This document shows positions 53,070-64,000 of a stretch of DNA of 64,000 nt, one piece after another. The stretch is taken from positions 31,570,464-31,634,463 of the forward strand of contig NC_043011.1 in the NCBI RefSeq assembly GCF_006345805.1, written 5' to 3'. Every line of letters starts with the position of its first letter. Within the stretch, counting starts at the first letter, position 1. The position numbers were made by a program, and so were the translations under genes. The stretch is from Octopus sinensis (Eukaryota). The notes under the pieces were generated by a model. That model made no database searches and was not told where the DNA came from. It saw only the letters and a list, made by a program, of their open reading frames with translations.

Positions 53070-53488
53070 AGAATCGAAATCGATCAATGGAAATTGCAGA
53101 TGTGTTACCAGTGCCGGTGGCATGTAAGAGAACCTTCCGTTTCGCGACCGTTGCCAGCACCGCCCCGACTGGCCTCGTGCCGATGGCACGTAAAAAGCAC
53201 CATCCGTTCGTGTCCGTTGCCAGCCTCGCCTGGCCCTCGTGCCGGTGGCACATAAAAAGCACCATCCGTTCGTGGCTGTTTGCCAGCTCTGTCTGGCACC
53301 TGTGCGGGTGGCACGTAAAAAGCACCCACTACACTCACGGAGTGGTTGGCGTTAGGAAGGGCATCCAGCCGTAGAAACACTGCCAGATTTGACTGGGCCT
53401 GATGAAGCCTTCTGGCTTCACAGACCCCTGTAGAACCGTCCAACCCATGCTAGCATGGAAAACGGACGCTAAACGATGATGATGATGA
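53070..53488 (+). mobile_element. Young family C retroelement with RTE-type tail
   Basis: Tail aacggacgctaaacgatgatgatg with internal tandem ggcaacggacacgaacggatggtgctttttacgtgcc units. CpG-rich. Confidence 0.8.
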
Positions 53489-53492
53489 TATA

Positions 53493-53527
<35 letters not shown>

Positions 53528-54124
53528 CTTAGTCTGTATATCTATATTTCTATTCATATTTGCATGGGTCAGATGAAATTCATTGAGACAAATATCCTAT
53601 GACTGGATGCCAACTCATGCCTGCTTCCAAGCAAGTTGATATTTCCCTCACACTTTTCAACATGATTAACACAACGGCTGACTGAACATGTCTCAATGGA
53701 AGACCCAAACAAATGACACCACATGTATGACAGTGACACATTTTGACAACTATCTCTCAATGTCAAAAGGAGACACACAAACACACACGCACATGTGCAC
53801 TCATACATTTATGTGTAAAGGTTGAATGAGCTGATATGTGAAACTTGATCTTCACAATAAACTTGACTCTACCCTCAGTATAGAGAATAAATGCTCACTA
53901 TTTCTTAAATCTGCCTTAAAATAACATTATTTTAACATTTACATATGTGTAATATATACGTGTGTGTGTGCATATATATATGTTTGTGCTTATATATGTG
54001 TATGGTATATCTATGTATACAAGGATTGTTATAAAAGTAATGCAAAAGTGTGCATAGCTTTCTTTTATTAACTGGTATGAGTTGTTCACACTGCATGTGT
54101 TAGATCTCTTTACAAAGGCTTTGA

Positions 54125-54480
54125 TCAGCATAGTCTCCCTCAGAAGCTATGCATTTACCACCGCTGAACCCAACCTTCCAATTCCCTTTGAAAAATTTTA
54201 GGTGCATGCTGTTTGACAAGTGAAAGTTTGAGGCACCACATCCAAGCTGTCTGCTCGATGGGGTATCACTGACCTGCCCAGTTTGCTAATTGCCTGATTT
54301 GTTGACAGAGATTTAATTGTGCATTGAAATAGTGATAGTAGATCCTTTCTTTGCTCAGTCTTCTTCCTCCTAATGGCTTCTCTACATTTTTTTAGCATAT
54401 CAGTGTACCACTTGCTGTTCATGATGCAGCCATGTTTCAGCAAATCAGGGAGAATGATGCTGGCCTCATTTCCCAAATAA
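54125..54480 (-). pseudogene. mariner transposase relic (catalytic domain)
   Basis: IILPDLLKHGCIMNSKWYTDMLKKCREAIRRKK...LGRSVIPHRADSLDVVP, then LVQRW and GDYAE, matching mariner INS..Y...L..LR.AIRRK, LPHPPYSPDLAP and GDYVE. Confidence 0.75.
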
Positions 54481-54489
54481 ATATCATGA

Positions 54490-55010
54490 CTTTGTATGCC
54501 AATAACTGGATCTTGAAGTTTTAGGGAACATGGGGTACCAACATTCCGTGGACTGGGCTTTCATTTCCATGTCATGAAGATATGTGCAGAATTCTTTGAC
54601 TGTCACCAGATCAAGAAAAGAGCATGTGTGCATTGATTTCAAACATATAAACACAGACAATATGTATCTTTTAAAATTAGTGATGGCTGGAAAGTCATCA
54701 CATCTGTGAGTTTTGAAAGATATGATGTACAAGTGCATCATTATCATTATTATTTATCATAAATTGTTGTGAAATCTTGCTCATTTTTAACAACTGGTTT
54801 TTCTCACATTTCATTCCTGAAATGCATAAATACCAGTAAGATGTCTTCAAATTCTCTGCTGTTAATTCTTGACAATGCACCTGCTGACTCAGACAGTCAC
54901 CATCTTGTCAGTAATGATGAGAAAATAAGTTGTATGCTCTTACCACTCAATGTTACTGCCACAGTTCCATCAATAGATTGTTGTATAATTGTAGACTACA
55001 AATGATGTCT
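54490..55010 (+). pseudogene. pogo/Tigger DDE transposase relic
   Basis: NWFFSHFIPE and LLLILDNAPADSD..LVSNDEKISCMLLPLNVTATVPSID resemble LLLLDNAPSH..L...DG.I..LFLPPNTTSLIQPMD. Confidence 0.7.
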
Positions 55011-57355
55011 GAATGAAGTTCTCACTGTGATAGAAGAGACACTAGGACAAAAAAAAAAATTAAAATAAGAAAAAAAAAAAAAAAAACTAAAACTTCAAGT
55101 AAGCAATATTCAGTTTAGCAGTTTCATGGAGGACACTGAAGATTACCACTCTAATCAGTGCTTGTGGGGATTGTAAATGTTGAGGTAGAATACAATTTTG
55201 AAGAATTCAAGGCAAGTGATTTTTGTTGTGGATTTTAGAGGGGCAAGAGAAACATTGTTACAGAAGATGCTATCAGATTCTGAAGGAGAAAGAGTAGAAG
55301 AAGCTCTTACTGGTGACAGTAAAGGTAGTGAGGATGATGAAAATGATGAACCATTGCTAAAGTAAACCAAACTTTCTGTTTACATGTCCTTTTGTATATT
55401 GACTTGTCACCAGAAACTGATATTCAGTAATATTATCAACTTCTTACTGACTTAAGAGAATTCATTATTCAGAAGTAGCACCAGGAAAGTAAACAACTCC
55501 AGGTAGATATTCAGTCTTCGCTCCCACTTTGCTCCTGCAGCTGTTAAGTCTGTTGATATTGACAACCCAGCTCTTGTTGAATGAGTCCTTACTCAGTCAC
55601 CTCATGCTTCTTATACTAGTTGGAAATGAGAACTAATGGAGCATTATAGTTCTACTAACACTGTCATCACATCTAAATATCTCCCCCCCCCCCTTCCTTT
55701 ACCACATCTATTATCCACTGCATGTAAATTAAATTAATATACACATTTTAGCTTTTTAATTTCTGCATGGTGTAATTTTAAATAATTTATATCAGCTACC
55801 TGAAATTATCCATCTTGTGGAGAGGAAATTAAAAATTAAAACCCTTTTATAGAATAGAAAGATACTCCTTAGCCTACTTAAATCATCCTCTCACATTAGT
55901 TCCATAAAAATATTTGTGATAAAACAATAGCTTAATTGTCATTACTATGGACAAGCAAACTTAAGGAAGGTTATGTCACCTTCATACACTTATCCACTAC
56001 GTTCTGTATCAAATCACCAAATGGTGTGTATGCATACAGACACACAGTTTCCTGTACTCCTAACCTATATACTTACTGATCCATATCAGTGAATTTTCAT
56101 TTCTTCTCATACACTACCTAATCCATATATATATATATTTAAAGCCCATTAACAACACTTTTTATTGAAAATATGGCAATTATAAAAATTTTGAAATAGT
56201 AAACTTAACTTATATATTTTTGTGAAATGAATTTTTATTAACCAATACGCTGTAAATTTTGACACCAAAACAACACATAACCAATCTCCACAATATTTAA
56301 ACTCCTAGTTCTGTGCTTTTATGGCTTTTCTTGTATTTTCTTCTTCGAAGCACATGTATACAAATAATACCTTACCTTCCATTTAGGTTTGATATGTGCC
56401 ATTTGGAGAGCAATATCTTCTACATTTGCTGTGTTCAATTTCTAGAAATCTATTTTATATAGGTGTGTGTATATATGGTTACCTGTGTGTGTTACTGTCT
56501 CTTTGGCTTGACATTGTGTGATAGTTGTAAGTGAATGTCACCTTCATGCAAGCAGTGTCTTTTGTTTCCAATCTGTGACAAGAAGGGCAGTTGATTGTAG
56601 AAAAATTTCAGCAAATTCCCTCACATCCATTTGAGCACAGAAAAATAGATGTTAAGATGATGATATATATTTCTTTATTTGTTTTCTATGCTAGTGTAAA
56701 TTAGATGAATATTATCAGGGCATTGTTTTTACAGCTGGATGCCCTTCCTGTCATACACCTTTGTCTGATTTTCAAGTAAAGGATTACTTATTCAATGCAT
56801 CTTCTAAGGCATAAAGGTAGTGCATGACAAGAGAAGTGACAGTAACATCACCTCTTGTGGCTCAACAATATTCATTTGTGAACAAACATACATACCAGTT
56901 ACCTATTTGTATGTGTAAAATATTAATTTTCTTCTTGTTAGTGATTTATTATCCTAAAAAAATGTATGATAAATGATAGATTTTATACTTAAAGTTTTCA
57001 TTTCCATATATTTAGTAGCAATTAATCACAAACTTAGTTTTCTTTATTTAACTCTTAACATTCTGTACTACATGAATCCATCTGAGAGTGTATATTTGTC
57101 AGCCTTATACTATCTGTAACACCCTGAATCACACCAATCTTGTTTATATCTTTAAAGAAGTTAAGGAAAAAACTTTAATTCCTCTTTTCATTTATTTACA
57201 TTCTGCCATATTTGCTATTATTATTGCCGAATTTTTGCAGTTTTTATCACAGATGAATACTTCATTAAAAGAAAGTGTCTTTTCTGCACTACTGTCATTT
57301 TTAGAATCTGACCACAAGTAAATACACTATAAACATTGAATAAAGAAGACCATTT

Positions 57356-57665
57356 TTAACCCTTTGGTATTTAAATTTTTCCATATCTGGCCAAAATATT
57401 CTACCTGTTCTGTGCTCAGACTGGTCAGATCTGGCCTCTCACACTAACCCTACAATATCATTCTAAATATTAACTGTAACCTCAACAAAATCTCAGAGCT
57501 ACAAGATAATGCAGGATTTGGAGTCTGGTGCAGCCTCCTGGCTTCCCAGACTCCGGTTGAACTGTCCAACCAAGGCTAGCATGGAAAACGGACATTAAAT
57601 GATGATGATGACATGAATATATAAGCATTGCATTTGACAGCATAATTTGAATGCTAAAGGGTTAA
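57356..57665 (-). mobile_element. piggyBac-type MITE interrupted by a family C 3' fragment
   Basis: TTAA-CCCTTT...AAAGGG-TTAA, with an inserted segment ~57520-57611 ending acggacattaaatgatgatg. Confidence 0.7.
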
Positions 57666-58504
57666 GGCATTTCCAGCAGGATGTTAAGAAAAAGGTTAAT
57701 GCAGTGCAGATAAATCTAGAAACATTTATTTATAAGTTGCAGCAAGAATTCCAATCTCCTCTCTGAAATCTGTCCTAAATTTCTGGATTTGAAATTTGTT
57801 TGATTTTAGTAGTTGTATGCAGTTGATATGGGTTATTTATTAGCACCAAGATATCTTTCTTTTTTTTTTTTTCTCACCCACTAGATATGTTGAATGGGTT
57901 GCAGCAAACATTTTCATGTGTTTCTGTCTTGTATCATTTCATTTGTGAAGTCCATATAGTTAACATTGTCTTTATAATATTGCTTTTGTCCCTTCGTTCT
58001 GTTGTTGGGTTTTAGATGTTTCTTCTAACATTTTGGTTTGTACCACATTCATTCTGATTTTTGTTGTCTTGGCTATAATCATGATACCTAAATTTACCTG
58101 TAATTTAAGCTAAAGAAAATGCTTTTCGAAAACAATTTATGGTAATGCAAATAACCTTTTGTTAATGATTAGATGACATTGTATTAAATTTTTTCTATAC
58201 AATAGCTGTACAAACTAAGTATCTTGTAACTCACCCATAATTTTAAGAAATATATCTCACTTTGACACTTGTTCAAAATAACTTCAAGTTAATGCTTGAA
58301 AAACATTACAAATTGTTTAATATATAGTGTTACTGAGGTATTATCTTACTGTTAGTGGATCATTTAAAATAATTTCTTCTTTACATATTATATATTAAAT
58401 CTTAACAGTCTCTATGACACAAATCTGCACTGCACTATATCCTATCCATCAGTCCTATACCATCTGAAACCACACAAACTGAACCATCCTTGTTGATATT
58501 CATT

Positions 58505-58725
58505 TTAACCCTTTAACATTCAGTTTACTCTGTCAAATGTAATGCATATTCATTCACATTGTTTTGAATGAATCACACATTATCTTATGTTGAAATTTCA
58601 ACGATGTGATTGTTTTTAGAATGGCAGTGTAGGGTCAATATAAGTGGCTGAATCTGGTCAATTTGAACATAAAATAAGTAAAATATTTGGGCCAGATATG
58701 GCTGGTTTAACTGCAAAAGGGTCAA
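58505..58725 (+). mobile_element. piggyBac-type MITE
   Basis: TTAA-CCCTTT...AAAGGG-TCAA, same family body. Confidence 0.7.
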
Positions 58726-60841
58726 AAGAAGTTACAGTGTCTCATTGAAAGAAGGAAACTTAAATCCCTTCCTCTGTTGTTTATTTATATTCTGCTATGT
58801 TCATTAACATTGATCCATATGTTGCTGAATCTTTGAGATTTTTGTTTTAGTGTTTGTTTTTTAACTGAAATTTTCTCTCAAGAATAGCCAGTAATCATTC
58901 TTTGAGTGACAACTTACGACTTATTCAATGATTCAATTGAGGAATCAGTGGCAGATAAAGCTTTGGAAACTCTTTCTTCCATGAACACTCTATGTCTGAC
59001 TTAGATCTTTCCAAAGTTTCATCAAGTGACTTGGATGAAATATTAACAGAAGAATGTCTAAATAGTAAACGTTTTGCAAGTATTGTTGGTCCCAAAATAC
59101 CAACAAGATCAAATGAGAAATATTTTTCAACTTTTTTTCATTGAGTTTTGATCATATGATCACCCATCAGACTAATCTGTATAGAACAAAAGGCAGCAGC
59201 CAACTTTGACCCTACATGTGTTGAAATACATGCATACATGAATGTTGTTTCTTATGGTAGTTAAAGCTTACCTGTAAATTTTATAATGAATAAGCTGCAA
59301 AGAGCTGGAAGAAAATTTTTGTTTGTGTGTGTTTTTTTTTACTATTGCATTTAATACTAACATCTTTCTTTTCGCCATCTTCTTTAGATATTATCATGTA
59401 ATTAACACCCACACATGTGCATTATTTTTGCACAAATAACTGCTTACATTTAAAAAAGTGAAATGTTTGGCATTTGGAAGGTCATCCAGCAGTAAAAACC
59501 ATGCCAAACTGACCTCACCTGTGCTGGTGTCACATAAAAAGCACTTTGTCCACTCTGAGGAGTGCTTGGTGTTAGGATAGTCTTCTACCTGGCCGGCTCC
59601 TTTCAAACTGTCTAACCTATACCATCATAGAAAGTGGATATTAAACGATGATGATGAAGTAAATACACTATAAACATTAGATAAACAAAACTATTTTGGG
59701 ATATTTTCTGTTCAGTTATTACAGGACTTAGAAAATTTTCAACAGGATGTTGTTAAAAGTTAAATTGAGCTAGTTTATTTCAGGTTTATCACATATATTT
59801 GATTTGAAATCATTACAAACCAGATATACTTCTTATATGTCCACTTATTTGATACCAAGTATAACCACAAGTGTCACTTTGTATGACTGGTATTGTTAAG
59901 AATATACTTTTGCCACTGAGTAATATTAGGTGCTAATGTTACACAAGAACAATAACTATAATTTTATTTATTTAAATTTCATAATGTTTACACAAAATGT
60001 TGAATATTAATTTTAAAAATAAAAATATTTATTAAATTAAAATACAATTAAATTTCTCATAAATATATTCATGACATTTCCCATCAGGCAAGTAACACTT
60101 TAGGTGGCATAAAGTAGCCAAAGGAGATCAAACTCAGCATGATCTCCCTTTGGGGGTGGACAAACAGTGAGAGTGATGGAGACACACTGCCAGTTAGTTA
60201 ATATTATTAGATTGCTTAATTCTTTAAAAAAAAAGTAATACTTTTTGTAATCTCACTTTGTTCTAAATACAATTTTGTCAAATATCTGTCTTGGTTATCA
60301 TATCCTACATGTTTATCACTAGTGTTTAATTTTCTTTTGTTATATTTTACTGTTTTAACTGATTGTACTTTAGGAAATTCTAATCTGTACATGTATCTTA
60401 ATGATAACAAAATAATTTTTGTAACTTTGTCAAATTCTGTCATTGGATTGTGATAAAACTACTTATTAATAAAGAGGGCTTGGTTAAATACATGTAGAAA
60501 AAGTTTAGCTTTTTAAATTTGTTTTAAGGCATATGTTTTTTTAGTTTATTCTTTCACTTGTCACTAAAATCATTTCGTGTGTGTGTGTACCCATGCTAGC
60601 ATGGAAAGCAGATGTCAAACAATGATGATAATGATAAATATATTTTCATCAAACCTATTTTGACTAGAATTTGGGGGCTTATTTTCTGTCAGATAATGAA
60701 GCATGGAAAAAGGGATGTTAAATGATGATGATCATGATGACATGTATGTGCGTGCACGCGCACACACACACACAGAGTTTACTTTTCTGCTAGGGTAACA
60801 CCAACAAAGAAAGTACTCCCTCTGGTGAGAGATGAATATTG

Positions 60842-61136
60842 TTTAATGTACACAGTGAACTATGAGCTACTAATAGTTTCATACATTGGAAATATTTTCC
60901 AGGTAAGTTTTAATAACATGCCTAATACCTCAAAGTAATCTTCAGCCTCTGAGCACATGGCTTCTACAAGTTACAAATCAATGTTCTATTGTCCTAATTT
61001 GTAACTTGTATAGGTGATGTGCTTGGAGCCTGAAGATTACTTGGAGATACAAAGCATGTTATTAAAACCTGCCTAGAAAGTATTTCCAATGTATGAAACT
61101 ATTAGTAACTCATAACTATATACTGTGTACATTAAA
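60842..61136. repeat. ~295-bp imperfect palindrome (hairpin MITE), ~137-bp arms and 18-nt loop
   Basis: The left arm tttaatgtacacagt...tacaagttacaaat (60842-60978) mirrors atttgtaacttgta...actgtgtacattaaa (60997-61136). Confidence 0.85.
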
Positions 61137-64000
61137 TTATGTGTGTGTGTGTGTGTATTTATAGATATAATGTTGTCAATATTGAGATTGGAAGTTGTTT
61201 TCCTTTATGTAGAATATTTTCATATGATATTTTATCTATTCTGATCATTATGTCCCCTACTATTTACTACATATTTGTTATTCAAATATATAGTACTTTT
61301 ACTCCTTTTAGCCAGAGGCTGTGGCCATGTTGAGGCACTGCCTTTAAAAGATGATGTTGAGGCTTTTTGGCAGGATTTAAATTCAGTCTTTATCAACGAA
61401 ATGAATTAAAGTTCAGCATGTTACCATCTGTGCCAAAATTTAAAAAAAAATTTGTTCTGAAGCTGTTGGAACTGGTATTTTAAACAAATCTTTAAGCCTG
61501 ATCACCACTTCTTGCATACGTTAACATTGGCCAAATAATAAATCTAATAATTACATAAATATTTTGAAGATATGTAAATTAAATGCACTATATTACTAGT
61601 ACTGATTTATTGAATTAATTTAGTGCGCCAGTTTATGAATGTTTTCGTAGCTTATTTCATTGTTATAATTTATCAGTCATCATGAATTAATTATCGTTGT
61701 AATTTATTGATGCTTTAATTTTACTCTCTGCAATTAAGGTTGCGAGCTGACAAAATGCTTCATGGCATTTCGCCCCTCTTTACATTCTGAGTTCATATTC
61801 CGCTGAGGTTGACTTTGTCTTTCATCCTTTCGTGGTTGATAAAATAAGGACCAGTTGGTCAATAAAATAAGTAGTAACTCTAGGGTTGATGTAACTGACT
61901 TAGCCACTTCCGCAAACTTACTGGCTTTGTGCCAAAATTTGAAACCAATACTACTCTCTGCAGTAATGTATGCTTCTATCTACCCCCATTATGTGTGACT
62001 GTGTGTGTATGCATTAGCAGAAAACCTAGTTAAAAATGTATCCATAAATGGTCCAGAATTGTTCTTGTCGAGGTATATTTGATTTTTCATAAATTATATA
62101 TATTCGATTGAAGCATATTAAATAAGAACATAAGGTTAAGTAAATATGAAAATGCTTCACTTCATTTGAAACTATTTTGAACATAATATGTTATCTTTTA
62201 TTATTGAAATTCTTTAATTCTTAGGATGATTTTGGAAAATATCTAGAAATCAGTGTCAAGTCATAAATTTATCACTGAAAATAATTATTCCTATAACGTG
62301 GAAACCAAATTGTCAAAAAAAAAAAAAATCCATGCATTCAAATATTAGCAACTACATTATATGTCTTTATTAAGAAAGAGTTAAAACGTTGAATAAGCCT
62401 CAGCTTATATTATATTAGATGTATACCCATCATAGTCTTCGAGATTCTGAACGTTGTTATTAGCACCTCCGGATATGCAAGATTTTTTGGTTTTTATCAA
62501 CAGAGATTATGGAGGCTTCCAGTTTTTAGCATCCTACATTAAATTGGCTAATGGCAAAACAATATTCCTCAGGATGCAGTCTAGTAAATGTCAGTGTTTG
62601 CTCTTAGGATTTGTTGATTCACATATTAGTAGTTCACAAATTTATTTTGGTACGAAACTCATTATGTGATATCCCAACATTTTAATAAACTATTAACTAA
62701 GAGAATTTAGATATATATGCAATAACTTAGTATTTTGAAAACAGCGAATAGCATTTGTTTTATAAAGTAAAAAGACACTTGGAACCCAAAATTTATTTTT
62801 CATGAAACCTACTTTGAGAAATACTGGCTTAGGTGTTTTGGAAAGTAAAGCATTCTAGATTGAAAAGACACATTTATATGAGTGGAATTCTGGCTTGAAA
62901 TGCTTACTCTCTTTTGGTACCTCCCAAAAGAGTTGCTGTCTTCTGCTGTTGCATAGCTGTGGCTGATCTAAATTACACATCATTGGGGACCTTGTTTTTA
63001 ACTGAAGCTTATGTGATGGCCACCCTGAAGCTTCCAATGAATTTGAAAATTTTGCAAGCGAATGAAATATTCCTGGTCCACGACCCTGTCTCTTAATTTA
63101 TGGGTGTACCTGTATTTCCTAGAAGTGCCTGGAACACACATGCTGGCACACACACACACACACACACACACACATCATGATTTTACTGTCCACTTTTCTA
63201 TGTCCCTATGGGTAAAGGGAAGCTTTATTGAGACAAATTTTTCTTTACCCAGTTGCTTTTCTTGTCACCAACTGTCACCTGTTTTCAAGTAAGTTATATG
63301 TTCCTTTGTTTCTTGAATATCAATAGCCTTGACATGCTTTCATGGTGAGTTGCAAGCAAGTGAAGCTACTTGTATGATGGTGACTTTCGTTTACAATTAG
63401 CATGCTTGTATAAGGACCAGGGGAACAAATAAGCTTTCTCCACTTTCTGCACTTTCTGTCTACCAAATTTTTCTTGCAAGGCATTAGTCAAGCTGCAGCT
63501 ATAGTAGAAGATACCAGCCAACAGTGTCTTCTTAACCACCCAGCTATCTATGTCTATGTTTATATATGTATATACATTATATTAGCAAGTATATAAATGT
63601 GTGTGTGTATGCGTATGTGTGCAGAGGGGAGAAAGAGAGAGAAGTTTGTGTGGGAGCTAGGTGGGTCTTTTAAGCATAAAAGAATTGCTTCATTTTAGTA
63701 TGCTCTAATGCACATTATATTGTCACACCTCTCTTGGTAACAGATGTGACTTATCAGGGTTCTTTAACCACCAGTTGTGTGTGTGTGTGTATACACTTGC
63801 ACATACACATGTCTCTGTCTGTAATATATATGTGTGTGTATTGTCATACATTTGTAAACATTATTTTGAGATGGCTAAACTGATAGGTAAATATTGCTTA
63901 TTGAAATGAGGATAACTGTTAAGTTTTTTTATTGTTAGATTGAATACATAAAAAAAAATTCTATGGCCGTTTTGTTGTCAAGCTTTTTAAAGTTACTGTT

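Noticed and set aside
58900-59150. Acidic coding-like stretch (DSIEESVADKALE / SDLDEILTEECLNSKRFAS)
   Set aside because: Two different frames, no splice support and no family I can name. Possibly an old transposon relic.

Overview
AT-rich eukaryotic genomic DNA packed with microsatellites, SINEs and transposon relics. The repeat families point to an octopus (cephalopod) genome; this is inferred from recognising the repeats, not from a database search. Left part (~1-25 kb): CpG-retaining intergenic sequence made of nested mobile elements. It holds two collinear Helitron helicase relics, tRNA-derived SINEs, a Penelope-like GIY-YIG relic, a hammerhead-ribozyme-bearing unit bounded by direct repeats, a 34-bp-module foldback palindrome, a solo-LTR-like segment, R4/Dong-type LINE pieces in trinucleotide microsatellites and a 46-bp minisatellite. 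Right part (~26-64 kb): the 5' end of one large + strand gene, the class I bHLH E-protein (TCF3/4/12, daughterless). Two small coding exons (31706-31749, 43090-43168) splice in frame to MSTKEMEGQGGSHSRPGQFTLGDRMNIATDKELSDLLDFSA. They lie in long CpG-depleted introns carrying decayed SINEs, piggyBac-type MITEs, RTE, mariner and pogo relics and a 295-bp hairpin. No rRNA, functional tRNA, CRISPR array or prokaryotic gene is supported. Nearly all ORFs in the supplied track are microsatellite or repeat translations. All identities are by-eye estimates, and boundaries of decayed elements are approximate.
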